The translations under genes were made by a program, and so were the position numbers. The notes under the pieces are model-generated. The model made no database searches, was not told the origin of the DNA, and saw only the letters and a program-made list of their open reading frames with translations. From Bacillota bacterium (GTDB lineage: Bacteria; Bacillota; Dehalobacteriia; UBA4068), in contig JAVBKT010000001.1 in the NCBI GenBank assembly GCA_031553915.1, positions 18,891 through 82,890 on the forward strand: a DNA stretch of 64,000 bases. Direction: 5' to 3'. Shown here in pieces: positions 8,893 through 18,860 of this stretch; position 1 is the stretch's first letter, and every line of letters begins with the position of its first letter.

Positions 8893-9647
8893 TTGCGTCT
8901 ACCTCTTTTAAGCAAGCGCTGCAGCAATTTTTCCAGACAAATTGCCAGCAGTATCACAACAATGGTCCAGACAAAAACATCCGCTGTTTCCAAATATACC
9001 TTGGCTGTTTGCAGCTGGCCGCCGATAGCCATTTTAGGATAAGCGATAACCTCGGCCGTAATGCCGGATTTCCAGGCCAATCCCATACCGGTAGTGGCGG
9101 CGGCCAAAATATAGGGCTGCAAGGACGGCAAATAAATATTGCGCCATTTACGCCAAATGCCCACATGAAACATATCCGCCAGCACCAAAAGCTGCTTATC
9201 GGTCTCCTCTATGCCGGTAAAGGTGTTGGCCCAGGCAATAGGCAATACCATCAAAGCAGAAATAAACACCGGCAGAACACCGCTGGCCAGCCAGACCAAT
9301 GCCAGCAAAATGAAGGACGCAACCGGCGCGGCGCGCACAATTTTGATTACTGGCGAAAATATGGCATATATAACTTTATTTTTAAACATGGCAATCGCAA
9401 GGATAATGCCTGCTGCCATGCCACAAATAAAACCAAGAATAATCCGCAACAAGGAGGCCAGGGTAATCCGCCAGAACTCTGCAGTGATAATCAGCTCAAA
9501 AAAACGCTCTCCGACTGCAAACGGCGTTGGCAAAAGCAGCTCTTTGTTGACAGCGGCGGCCAAAAGCCACCAGACCAGCAACCAAAAGAGTGCAACAGCA
9601 ATGCCTTTGAGTATGGAGAGCGTTGTTTTCTTTACTTTATTGTTCAT
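8889..9647 (-). CDS. ABC transporter permease (NitT/TauT/SsuC-like)
   Basis: 252 aa with six predicted TM segments and the permease EAA-like region. Confidence 0.8.
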   Translation of the reverse strand: MNNKVKKTTLSILKGIAVALFWLLVWWLLAAAVNKELLLPTPFAVGERFFELIITAEFWRITLASLLRIILGFICGMAAGIILAIAMFKNKVIYAIFSPVIKIVRAAPVASFILLALVWLASGVLPVFISALMVLPIAWANTFTGIEETDKQLLVLADMFHVGIWRKWRNIYLPSLQPYILAAATTGMGLAWKSGITAEVIAYPKMAIGGQLQTAKVYLETADVFVWTIVVILLAICLEKLLQRLLKRGRRK

Positions 9648-9658
9648 GCCTTAGATTT

Positions 9659-10723
9659 CTATTCGCTGTAGTAAATATCCTCCCCGGGCATAGCGCCACC
9701 TACAGAAGAAGGATCCGCATCAAACAAAACCTGTAAATAGCCGCTTACCTCTTGCTCAATAGCTCCGCTTTTGGCAAAGGTAAGGCTCATCTTGGGGATG
9801 GCGACCGCGGCAATGGCCTCATTATCAATAATGCCATGCGTAGCGCACAGAGCCGCTGTTTCGCTAACATTGTCGATAGCGTAATTTATTGAAGCCTCAA
9901 GATCAGTCAGGAAGGCGGCAATCGCCTCCGGATTAGCGGCAATAAAATCCTTGCGAGCGGCTACACAGGTCATTGTCAACTTGCCGCCGGTGCTGGCAGC
10001 CCAATCATCATTCAGATCAAGCGCCACTCTCACCTGGTCGTTTTTGCCCAAAACTACTGAAACATTGGGCTCGGGCAGCATCGCAATATCAACCTCGCCG
10101 CTGGCCATCAAGGTTGCCAGTTCCGCATGTTCGCTTTTCCAGACAATCTCCACATCTTCACCGACAGTCAGCCCTGCCTCAGCAAGCAGATATTCTAAAA
10201 TGTACTGAGGATTGGAGCCTTGTCCGGTAGCGTAAATTGTCTTACCAGCCAGGTCGGCAAGAGAATTAATGCTCTCCCCCGCTTCGAGGATATATAGCGA
10301 GCCATAGTTGATAATGGCCAGCATCTGCAAATCGCCATCGGTTTTAGCGTAAAGCTTGGCGGCAAGGTTAGTCGGCATTGCCGCAATATCAGCATCACCA
10401 TTGCTAATAGCAGCAACGATTTCATCAGGGGTGCTGACCACGCTATAGGCATAGTTGCCGGCATCATCAATCATCTTGGCCATACCTACACCAGACGGGC
10501 CCTTGAGTGTCATCACAGCAGGCGTAACAGCGGCGACATCTCCGCCATTGTTATTATTATCCGGCACATCGTTTTCTGCGGGAGTGCAGGCCACCAACAA
10601 GGCTGTGAGCAAAACCAAAACCAGCAATAAAAGCAAACTCTTTTTCATCCTTACTTTTCCTCCTAAAGGTATATTGTTTACCACTTGGCTCAACTTAATA
10701 ATTTTATTTGAAAAATAATTCAA
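9659..10723 (-). CDS. ABC transporter substrate-binding lipoprotein (NMT1/SsuA/ThiY-like)
   Basis: Has a signal peptide followed by a lipobox (LVAC). A Gly/Asn-rich linker follows. The rest is a periplasmic-binding-protein fold of the NitT/TauT family. Confidence 0.8.
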   Translation of the reverse strand: MNYFSNKIIKLSQVVNNIPLGGKVRMKKSLLLLLVLVLLTALLVACTPAENDVPDNNNNGGDVAAVTPAVMTLKGPSGVGMAKMIDDAGNYAYSVVSTPDEIVAAISNGDADIAAMPTNLAAKLYAKTDGDLQMLAIINYGSLYILEAGESINSLADLAGKTIYATGQGSNPQYILEYLLAEAGLTVGEDVEIVWKSEHAELATLMASGEVDIAMLPEPNVSVVLGKNDQVRVALDLNDDWAASTGGKLTMTCVAARKDFIAANPEAIAAFLTDLEASINYAIDNVSETAALCATHGIIDNEAIAAVAIPKMSLTFAKSGAIEQEVSGYLQVLFDADPSSVGGAMPGEDIYYSE

Positions 10724-10884
10724 GACCGCCTGAATATTTAGTTAGCCGCGTGTAACTATTATATATCTTATCCGCCAATTTATCAATAATAATTCCTGCA
10801 TAAATATTATAAAATTATGCCTGCCTGACTAGTAGGTGAATTTTTGTTAAAACATATTTGTAGCTGTTTAAAACCATAGAACAG

Positions 10885-10915
10885 AAAAAGAACCTGCACA
10901 AGGCAGGTTCTTTTT
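10885..10915 (-). terminator. rho-independent terminator after hydA
   Basis: The hairpin is gaacctgc-acaa-gcaggttc, flanked by an A-run and a T-run. Confidence 0.7.
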
Positions 10916-10923
10916 GATGATAA

Positions 10924-12753
10924 TTATTTATTATAAGCGCCTTGATTTTTTTTCTTATTTCTAACGGCTGCTTCAGCAACAGCTTCCTTTTTCTGCTGGT
11001 CTATCCTGAAGCCTGGATATTTTGACCGGGGTTGATATGAGGTATGCAGCCATTCATGCGCATTATGCCCGCCCGGTTCGCCAATCAATTCTTCATATAG
11101 CTTTTTGACGATGGGGTTCTCATGCGATTTACGCAGAGGCATTTTGGCGTCCTGTTTATAAAGAGCTTTGGCGCGCAGCTCACGCAGCTCGTGGAAATTG
11201 CGCACTGACGCCGACTGCACCGGCTGTCCGCCGCCATTGACGCAGCCGCCGGGGCAAGCCATGATTTCAACCATATCATAATGGACATCGCCACTTTTAA
11301 TCTTGTTCAAAAGATTGCGGGCATTAGCCAAACCAGAGGCACAAGCCACACGCACCTTACGTCCATTGAGGTCATACTCAGCTTCTTTGATCCCGGAAAT
11401 ACCGCGTACTTCTTTGAAATCGACCTTTTCCAGCTCTTTGCCGGTAACCAGCTCCACAACAGTACGCAAGGCAGCTTCCAGAACACCGCCGGTAGCGCCA
11501 AATATCGCACCGGCACCAGTAGAAATGCCAAAGGCCGGATCAAAATCTTCATCGGGCAACTCAGTAAACATAATGCCTGCGCGCGAAATCATTCTCGCCA
11601 GCTCCCGGGTAGTGAGTGACACATCAATATCATCAAGACCATATACTGCCTGTTCATCTTTACGGTGGATCTCAAATTTTTTGGCTGTGCAAGGCATAAC
11701 ACTGACCACAAAAATATCTTTAGGGTCTATGCCCATTTTGCGCGCATAATAAGTTTTCATCATCGCCCCATACATCTGCTGTGGTGATTTGCAGGTGGAG
11801 AGGTTAGGAATAAACTCTGAGAAATATTGCTCGCAAAAACGAATCCAGCCCGGGCTGCAAGAGGTGATCAAAGGCAGGTTTTCGCCTGATTCCAAGCGTT
11901 TTAAAAATTCTGTGCCTTCTTCCACAATGGTCAGGTCAGCAGTAACGTCAACATCGAAAACACCGTCAAAGCCCAGCCGCCTCAGCGCTGCAACCATCTT
12001 GCCTTCCACATTGCTGCCAATCGGCATATCAAAGCATTCGCCTAGGGTAACACGCACAGATGGCGCAGTACCGACCACAACATGCTTGGTTGGGTCGCCC
12101 AAGGCTTGCCAAACCTTTTCCGTATCATCACGTTCTGTCAAAGCGCCGGTGGGGCAGACAGCAACACATTGTCCGCAGGAAACACAGGCAACTTCATCAA
12201 GATTGCGATCAAAAGCGCAGCTGATATGGGTAGCAAACCCGCGGTCATTGGGGCCGATCACTGCCACGCCCTGATTATTTTTACATACTGCCACGCAACG
12301 GCGGCAGAGAATGCACTTAGAATTATCGCGAATCAAATGCAGGGTTGAGTCTTCAATTTTGGGGGTTGGGTTGCCGCCAAAGCGAATATGCTCAACACCA
12401 AAATCTTTAGCCATTTTCTGCAATTCACAGTTTTGATTGCGTAGGCAAGTAAGGCAATCCTTGCGGTGGTTTGATAAGATCAGTTCCAAGGTCATTTTGC
12501 GTGATCTGGTAATTAAAGCGGTATTGGTAAAAACTTCCATACCGTCGCTGACCGGATATACGCAAGAGGCAACCGGCGCTCTGGCGCCTTTAACCTCAAC
12601 AACGCACATCCTGCAAGCGCCAATGGCATTGATTGCTTTCATATAGCATAGGGTCGGAATGTCAATTCCCGCCAAGCGCGCTGCCTCTAAGATAGTGGAC
12701 TGGGCCGGGCATTCAACCTCTATTCCGTTGATTTTTACTTTGACAGTATCCAC
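10924..12753 (-). CDS. hydA: [FeFe] hydrogenase catalytic subunit HydA (bifurcating/NADH-dependent type, N-terminal 2Fe-2S plus 4Fe-4S domains); motif L1 reads TSCSPGW
   Basis: The H-cluster motifs are L2 VMPCTAKKFE and L3 EIMACPGGCVNGGGQP. L1 is TSCSPGW, encoded ACC TCT TGC AGC CCG GGC TGG. Confidence 0.85.
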   Translation of the reverse strand: MDTVKVKINGIEVECPAQSTILEAARLAGIDIPTLCYMKAINAIGACRMCVVEVKGARAPVASCVYPVSDGMEVFTNTALITRSRKMTLELILSNHRKDCLTCLRNQNCELQKMAKDFGVEHIRFGGNPTPKIEDSTLHLIRDNSKCILCRRCVAVCKNNQGVAVIGPNDRGFATHISCAFDRNLDEVACVSCGQCVAVCPTGALTERDDTEKVWQALGDPTKHVVVGTAPSVRVTLGECFDMPIGSNVEGKMVAALRRLGFDGVFDVDVTADLTIVEEGTEFLKRLESGENLPLITSCSPGWIRFCEQYFSEFIPNLSTCKSPQQMYGAMMKTYYARKMGIDPKDIFVVSVMPCTAKKFEIHRKDEQAVYGLDDIDVSLTTRELARMISRAGIMFTELPDEDFDPAFGISTGAGAIFGATGGVLEAALRTVVELVTGKELEKVDFKEVRGISGIKEAEYDLNGRKVRVACASGLANARNLLNKIKSGDVHYDMVEIMACPGGCVNGGGQPVQSASVRNFHELRELRAKALYKQDAKMPLRKSHENPIVKKLYEELIGEPGGHNAHEWLHTSYQPRSKYPGFRIDQQKKEAVAEAAVRNKKKNQGAYNK

Positions 12754-12774
12754 GAATATTATCCTCCCCTTTAC

Positions 12775-14568
12775 TTATTGTTTAACGATAGCATTAAAGC
12801 GGCATTTTTCAAAACATGCGTTACATTTAATGCATTTATCATGGTCAATAACATGCAGCTTTTTCACTTCGCCGGAAATAGCGCTGGTGGGGCAAACACG
12901 TGAGCAAGCCGTACAACCAGTACATTTATCTTCAAGGATAAAATAATTCAGCAAAGCTTTGCAGACGCCGGATGGGCAACGATGCTCTTTTACATGAGCT
13001 TCATATTCATCGCGGAAATGACGCAAAGTAGACAGCACCGGGTTGGGCGCAGTCTGACCCAAGGCGCACAAGGAATTGGATTTGATGTGCATACACAGCT
13101 CTTCCATCAGATCAAGATCTTCCATGGTGCCGTTGCCGCTGGTGATTTTGTCCAGCAGCTGCATCAGCCGTCTGGTGCCGATACGGCAAGGAGAACATTT
13201 GCCGCAGGATTCATCAACAGTAAAATCAAGGAAATAGCGGGCAATATCAACCATGCAGTTATCTTCGTCCATGACGATCAAACCGCCGGAACCCATCATC
13301 GAACCAATAGCGATCAAGGATTCATAATCAATGGGGGTATCAATTAAACTAGCAGGGATGCAGCCGCCTGAGGGGCCGCCGGTTTGCGCTGCCTTAAACT
13401 TTTTGCCATTAGGCACGCCGCCGCCGATTTCTTCAACAATTTCCCGCAGAGTGGTTCCCATGGGGATTTCCACCAAACCGGTATTGGTAATCTTGCCGCC
13501 CAGGGCAAACACCTTTGTGCCCTTAGAGGTTGCCGTACCCATCGCCGCAAAAGCCTCTGGACCATTATTGATAATCCAGGGGATATTAGCATAAGTCTCA
13601 ACATTATTCAAGATAGTCGGCTTGCCAAAGAGACCTTTGACTGCCGGGAACGGAGGACGGGGGCGGGGCTCGCCGCGGTTGCCTTCAATAGAAGTAAGCA
13701 AAGCTGTCTCTTCGCCGCAAACAAAGGCGCCGGCGCCAAGACGGATTTCCAAATCAAAATCAAAGCCTAAATCGAAAATGTTTTTGCCCAAAAAGCCATA
13801 TTCTTTGGCTTGTTCAGTGGCTATTTTTAATCTTTCAACAGCAATAGGATACTCAGCACGGACATAAATATACCCTTGTGACGCGCCAATAGCATAACCG
13901 GCGATAGTCATCGCCTCAATAATGCTGTGCGGGTCGCCTTCCAAAACTGAGCGATCCATGAATGCGCCGGGATCACCTTCGTCGGCATTACAGCAAACAT
14001 ATTTCACCGGGTTTTTTTCCTTGGCGGCAAAAGACCACTTGGTGCCGGTGGGGAAACCAGCCCCGCCGCGTCCGCGTAATCCGGATGCGGAAATCAACTC
14101 AATGACCTCTGCGGGGGTGCGCTCGGTCAAACAGGTGGCCAGCGCTTGATATCCGTCATAGGCAATATATTCATCAATGCTTTCCGGATTGATAACACCG
14201 CAGTTACGCAAAGCGATTCTTTTCTGCTTTTTGTAAAAAGGCGTTTCATTCAGGGATTGAATTTCATGGCCAACACCCTTGTCCTGATACAGCAAACGGT
14301 GGACAATGCGTCCCTTGAGGATATGTTCTTGGACGATTTCCGCCACATCGGAAACCTGCACCATTGAATAAAAAGCCCCTTCCGGATAAACCACGACAAT
14401 GGGCCCCAATGCGCATAAGCCAAAGCAGCCAGTGGGAATCACCCTTGCTTCTTCAGCTAGTCCATATTTCTTCAGTTGAACATTAAACTCCTCGATAATC
14501 TTTGGGCTGGATGAAGATGTGCAGCCCGTGCCGCAGCAAACGAGGATATGCGAACGTGCAAAACTCAT
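12775..14568 (-). CDS. hydB: NuoF-like NADH-binding flavoprotein subunit of hydrogenase (HydB/HndC) with N-terminal 2Fe-2S and C-terminal 2x[4Fe-4S]
   Basis: 597 aa. Has GRGGAGFPTG FMN/NADH-binding motifs and C-terminal CxxCxxCxxxCP clusters. Confidence 0.85.
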   Translation of the reverse strand: MSFARSHILVCCGTGCTSSSSPKIIEEFNVQLKKYGLAEEARVIPTGCFGLCALGPIVVVYPEGAFYSMVQVSDVAEIVQEHILKGRIVHRLLYQDKGVGHEIQSLNETPFYKKQKRIALRNCGVINPESIDEYIAYDGYQALATCLTERTPAEVIELISASGLRGRGGAGFPTGTKWSFAAKEKNPVKYVCCNADEGDPGAFMDRSVLEGDPHSIIEAMTIAGYAIGASQGYIYVRAEYPIAVERLKIATEQAKEYGFLGKNIFDLGFDFDLEIRLGAGAFVCGEETALLTSIEGNRGEPRPRPPFPAVKGLFGKPTILNNVETYANIPWIINNGPEAFAAMGTATSKGTKVFALGGKITNTGLVEIPMGTTLREIVEEIGGGVPNGKKFKAAQTGGPSGGCIPASLIDTPIDYESLIAIGSMMGSGGLIVMDEDNCMVDIARYFLDFTVDESCGKCSPCRIGTRRLMQLLDKITSGNGTMEDLDLMEELCMHIKSNSLCALGQTAPNPVLSTLRHFRDEYEAHVKEHRCPSGVCKALLNYFILEDKCTGCTACSRVCPTSAISGEVKKLHVIDHDKCIKCNACFEKCRFNAIVKQ

Positions 14569-14645
14569 GCTGTTTTACCTCCCAATGATATTAGGCCGAC
14601 TCCGGCCGATACCGCCATTAAACGACAGAGTATGCTAAAATTTTA

Positions 14646-15023
14646 TTATTTGCTGTCAGCCGCGCCGATGGTATATTCATCAACCACACGGTGATTTACC
14701 AGATGTTCGCTGACAACTATGGCTGCTTTTTCTGCATCCATCTTCACATAGGTAATTTTCTCTTTGCCTGGTTCAAATATTTCCACAACAGGCTCCAAGC
14801 GGCAAACACCAATGCAGCCGGTTTGAGAAACCAAAACCCCCTGCAGGTTTCGCTTATTCACTTCTTCCACAAATTTATTCAGCACTGGCCGGGCGCCGGC
14901 GGCAATACCGCAGGTAGCCATCCCTACAACAACACGAGTATCTTCGCTGCTGTTGTCTTTACGCAAATTCATTTTGCCTTGCATTTCATCACGTAAAGCT
15001 TTTAATTCTTCAATTGATTTCAT
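14646..15023 (-). CDS. thioredoxin-like [2Fe-2S] ferredoxin (HndB/HydD-like small subunit)
   Basis: 125 aa with the Cys pattern CG...C...CIGVC. Confidence 0.7.
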   Translation of the reverse strand: MKSIEELKALRDEMQGKMNLRKDNSSEDTRVVVGMATCGIAAGARPVLNKFVEEVNKRNLQGVLVSQTGCIGVCRLEPVVEIFEPGKEKITYVKMDAEKAAIVVSEHLVNHRVVDEYTIGAADSK

Positions 15024-15055
15024 CTTTGCCCTCCTACTATATCAAAATCAAACTT

Positions 15056-15604
15056 TTATGAATCGACACTAAGCGCAGCTATATTTTCTTCCAGGAATTG
15101 CTTAATCCACTCCAGAACCATCGGGTCATTGATCGCAACATCTTCCATAATTAAGCGAATCTGATTGGTATCAAGGATGAACTCACCTTTATCGGTAATA
15201 TGGGTGTAGAGCAAATCAATATCCGGATTGCCCTGCAGCAGGGTAATAATCGTCCCTGCTAAATCTCCCAAAGGCGGGCAATCAAGATGCGAGCGCTTAA
15301 ACGTTGTTGAGACTTCGGTCCCCTGACCCACCTCACTGGCAATAGAAAAACTGCCTTCAGACATCTCTGCCGCCAGTTTAAATAAGGGCAAACCCAAACC
15401 AACCTTGCGTGTTGTTCTGGTTGTGGTAAAAGGGTCTGTCACTTGCTGTAGAAATTCCTGGCTCATACCGCAGCCATTGTCTACAACAGTTATTTCAATC
15501 ACATCTTCTTCTTCAGATTCTCTGAGGGTTATCGCTACTTTTGTTGCCTGAGCGGTAAAAGAGTTCTGCGCAATATCCAACAAATGTAGCGAGAGTTCCT
15601 TCAT
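15056..15604 (-). CDS. histidine-kinase-like ATPase (HATPase_c) protein embedded in the hydrogenase operon
   Basis: Has the HATPase motifs VVDNGCGM and GLGLPLFK and no transmembrane segment. Confidence 0.7.
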   Translation of the reverse strand: MKELSLHLLDIAQNSFTAQATKVAITLRESEEEDVIEITVVDNGCGMSQEFLQQVTDPFTTTRTTRKVGLGLPLFKLAAEMSEGSFSIASEVGQGTEVSTTFKRSHLDCPPLGDLAGTIITLLQGNPDIDLLYTHITDKGEFILDTNQIRLIMEDVAINDPMVLEWIKQFLEENIAALSVDS

Positions 15605-15687
15605 CTAAATTATCTCCAAACAATGTGAACTGTGAAAGAAGTATCCAGCCTAGCCATTAGAGATGCGAATTCATGCGCCCCGGACGA

Positions 15688-16275
15688 CTAGATGCTATGC
15701 ACCTCGTTTGATAAGTATTTATCCAGGATGCCATCTATTTGAGCAGGAGTAAGACGTCCATAAACATCCTCGTTAACCGTCATCACCGGAGCCAGTCCGC
15801 AAGCGCCGATGCAGCGCGTCGCATCAACAGAAAACTTGCCGTCCGCAGTAATCGAGTCTGCCTGGCAGCCTAGTTTAGCGCAAACTTTATCCAAAATTTC
15901 GCCTGAGCCTTTGACATAACAGGCTGTACCCATACACACAGAAACACGGTACTTGCCTTTGGGATTCATCGTAAACTGAGAATAAAAGGAAGCAATACCG
16001 TAAATTTCCGAAAGGGGTATATCCAAGTCGCAGGAAATCAGCACTTGTACTTCTTCAGGCAAATAGCCATATATGGCTTGCGCCTCCTGAAGAATAGGCA
16101 TGGTTGCGCCAGGCTGACCTTTATACTTCTCAATCACCGCGTGCAACTGTTTTTCTTGCTCTGGAGTTCCATTAAAAGGCACTACTGTTTTAAGATTTGG
16201 CATACCATAAATACCTCCTTGTTTCAGGCTGGCTTTTAAGGTAAGCATAGCAATAACTTCCCTCCAGCCATCCAA
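15688..16275 (-). CDS. hydC: NuoE-like [2Fe-2S] subunit of hydrogenase (HydC/HndA); start codon uncertain
   Basis: Cys pattern SVCMGTAC...CIGAC and a NuoE/24-kDa-subunit fold. Confidence 0.8.
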   Translation of the reverse strand: MDGWREVIAMLTLKASLKQGGIYGMPNLKTVVPFNGTPEQEKQLHAVIEKYKGQPGATMPILQEAQAIYGYLPEEVQVLISCDLDIPLSEIYGIASFYSQFTMNPKGKYRVSVCMGTACYVKGSGEILDKVCAKLGCQADSITADGKFSVDATRCIGACGLAPVMTVNEDVYGRLTPAQIDGILDKYLSNEVHSI

Positions 16276-16396
16276 AGTATAACATAATAAAATACAGAAA
16301 GATAGTGTTTTTTTGCAATTTTTTTAATAAAACCAGCAATTACCCTGTGCGATATTAAAGAACAAAAAAAATATTTAAGTATTGCCGGGGTTTTGC

Positions 16397-17149
16397 TCAA
16401 AGCGTGCCTATAAGCTGGCCTTTTGCTATAGAATCCAATACTGCGTCGATACTTTTCTCTGCCAGAGATAAGCTGTATTTGGCATCTTTCATATCAAATA
16501 AATTATGCGCATCAGAATTAATAATATACGGAAATAGTGCAAGTTCCGGGTTATGTAAAACTAACTTTTCTCTGTCACAATACTCGGTAATTTCCATGAC
16601 AGTAAAGTTCAAAGATGGGTCGCAGTAGACTAAATTCGACAAAAGTGAAAAGCTGGGCCGGTCAATATGCGCCGGAAAAGCAACCCCTCCATATGCAGAA
16701 ATTAATTCACTAATTTCAAAAACACTTATGGCTGCCGCCGATATCAACAAACGCTCTTCTTCGCCAACAACGCTGTCATTCTCATCCATCAGCAATTGAT
16801 GCCCAAAAATCATGCTGTTGTTGGCAATTTTTGGCAGCCGCTGATAAACATAGCTGTCCCATTCTAAGGCCGCCTCCAAATTTGGTAGGAGGCAGATCAC
16901 ATGTACTTCTTCCGCTGTGGTTAGCTCCATACCCGGGATAGCGATAATCCCCGCTGTTTTGGCCGCAGCTAACACAGCCGGACAATTACGCGTGGTATTA
17001 TGGTCAGTTACCGCGATAATTTGATATCCGGCAAGAGCAGCCATGTTAGCGATATTATATGGAGACATCTGATCATCGCCACATGGTGAAAGGCAAGAAT
17101 GCAAATGTAAATCATAAAAATAACGCACTATTTCGCCTCCAAGGCTCAT
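16397..17149 (-). CDS. PHP-domain phosphoesterase
   Basis: Has HLHSCLSPCGDD and VTDHNT, the PHP-domain His/Asp motifs. Confidence 0.7.
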   Translation of the reverse strand: MSLGGEIVRYFYDLHLHSCLSPCGDDQMSPYNIANMAALAGYQIIAVTDHNTTRNCPAVLAAAKTAGIIAIPGMELTTAEEVHVICLLPNLEAALEWDSYVYQRLPKIANNSMIFGHQLLMDENDSVVGEEERLLISAAAISVFEISELISAYGGVAFPAHIDRPSFSLLSNLVYCDPSLNFTVMEITEYCDREKLVLHNPELALFPYIINSDAHNLFDMKDAKYSLSLAEKSIDAVLDSIAKGQLIGTL

Positions 17150-17157
17150 ACAATGGC

Positions 17158-17490
17158 TTACGGCATTAGCTTGGCTATGCTGGTTGCCAGCTGATAAGCG
17201 GACAATTTGCTGCTAAAAAGAGCTATGTTCTCTTTGTGCGCCTTGTCCAGCAGGGCCTGATCAGGCTGAACATCCTCAGCAAGCAAAACACAGGAAACAT
17301 TGGCCAAAGAGGCCACCGCTGCCACATTCATATTGGACATAATCGTAATCCAAATGCAGCCGGGCATGGCGCGCCCCATCACCCAGCTGAGCAAATCACC
17401 AATATACACTCCGGTAATTTCCCGGGATAGATCAGCATTGGCATTATGGTTGACCAAAGATATGTTGGCCGCTAAACCCTCTAATGTCAT
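17158..17490 (-). CDS. DRTGG-domain protein
   Basis: 110 aa. Member of the DRTGG family typically paired with sensory hydrogenase genes. Confidence 0.6.
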   Translation of the reverse strand: MTLEGLAANISLVNHNANADLSREITGVYIGDLLSWVMGRAMPGCIWITIMSNMNVAAVASLANVSCVLLAEDVQPDQALLDKAHKENIALFSSKLSAYQLATSIAKLMP

Positions 17491-17493
17491 CGC

Positions 17494-18819
17494 TCATTCC
17501 TCCTTTATGCCATCAGCCTCGTCTTGGGCTGACGCTCTAAATGGCGGGGGCAAATATTCATCAGCATTGCCGCTGCCTGCCATATACTGCATACGTTCTC
17601 TCATGCGGAAGATGCAATCCTCTTCTGAGGCCAGCCCCAGCACAACGTCTTCGGCCAAAGCACGGCAGGACGGCGCTCCACAGGAGCCGCAATCCAAACC
17701 GGGCAAGGCTTCGGTTAATTTGTCAATACGCATAAATTTTTCCATCGCGGCAAAGCGGTTTTCATCAAGCACCGGTACTGTTGCTTCCAGTGGTTTTTCC
17801 GGCATGCCCTCAATGATTTCGGCATCTTCATCGGTCAATTTGTTGCGGGAAACAGGCAAATATTTCATCACCCTTTTTAGTCTCGCTTTTGCCGCATAGG
17901 GGTTTTCTACAGTGAGGCAACCGCCGACACAACCTTGTGTGCAGGCATTAAGCTCCAAAAACTCCACGTCCTCCAAGGAACCGTTTTCGACATCATTCAA
18001 AATTTTAATCACATTTTCAATCCCGTCAACTGCCAGCTGATGGTCACTCAGCAGCGCCGAGGCCTCACCGCCGGAGCGCGCCCAACCTACGCCGATAATG
18101 CCGGAATGAGCCAAGCTGGGCGGGTCAGTCACCTCTTTCATGGCCGAGAGCAATTGTTTATATATTTCCTGCATCGAAAAGGCGCCGTCCACAATAGGCT
18201 CGCTTAAAGTTAAGGGGCTATGCACTGCTGTGGCTTTTGCCGGACAAGGCGTAATGAAAAAGACGCCTATTTCCTCATTCTTCAAGCCGGTTTTGGCCAT
18301 AGCCTCTTCTCGAGCATAGCGGGCCGCCACCTCCAAGGGCGCGGCATGGGGTGCGATATGATCAACCAGCTTGGGGAAACGCATACAAATCAAACGCGTC
18401 GCAGCCGGACAGGCTGAGGAAATAAAAGGCTTGGGCAAATGCCCTTCAATAATCTCCCGCCTGGTGAGGTCAGAAATCAATTCTGCGCCGCGGGATACTT
18501 CATAGACATCATCAAAACCAATTTTGAGTAAGGCGGCCAGGATAATATTAATATCGCGCAAATTATGAAACTGCCCGTACAGCGAAGGCGCTGGCAAGGC
18601 AATATTATATTTAAATTTTTCTAAATCAGTCAGCGGGTCGCATACTGCTTTTTTGGCATGATGCGGGCATACCCGAATACACTGGCCGCAGTCAATGCAA
18701 CGGTCTTCCAAAATATGCGCCTTGCCGCGGCGAACCCGTATCGCCTCTGTCGGGCATTGCTTGATACAGGTGGTGCAGCCTTTACATTTATCTTTGTCTA
18801 AGGTAACCGCATGTTGCAT
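17494..18819 (-). CDS. putative sensory [FeFe]-hydrogenase-like protein (HydS-like: 2x[4Fe-4S] ferredoxin domain, H-domain with L1 SSACPAA, C-terminal Cx2Cx4C motif)
   Basis: L1 is SSACPAA, so the proton-relay Cys position is Ala while the cubane Cys is kept. L2 is TPCPAK at the canonical 55-residue spacing from L1. L3 is ELNACTQGCVGGC. The C-terminus has DCGSCGAPSC. Confidence 0.75.
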   Translation of the reverse strand: MQHAVTLDKDKCKGCTTCIKQCPTEAIRVRRGKAHILEDRCIDCGQCIRVCPHHAKKAVCDPLTDLEKFKYNIALPAPSLYGQFHNLRDINIILAALLKIGFDDVYEVSRGAELISDLTRREIIEGHLPKPFISSACPAATRLICMRFPKLVDHIAPHAAPLEVAARYAREEAMAKTGLKNEEIGVFFITPCPAKATAVHSPLTLSEPIVDGAFSMQEIYKQLLSAMKEVTDPPSLAHSGIIGVGWARSGGEASALLSDHQLAVDGIENVIKILNDVENGSLEDVEFLELNACTQGCVGGCLTVENPYAAKARLKRVMKYLPVSRNKLTDEDAEIIEGMPEKPLEATVPVLDENRFAAMEKFMRIDKLTEALPGLDCGSCGAPSCRALAEDVVLGLASEEDCIFRMRERMQYMAGSGNADEYLPPPFRASAQDEADGIKEE

Positions 18820-18860
18820 ATTTTTCCCCTCATAGCAGTAACTTAACTAGTCCACATCAA

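Noticed and set aside
10724-10923. Possible TPP riboswitch upstream of the ThiY-like substrate-binding protein gene
   Set aside because: I read the minus-strand leader and found no CUGAGA or pyrimidine-sensor motifs. There is only an AT-rich promoter plus the hydA terminator.
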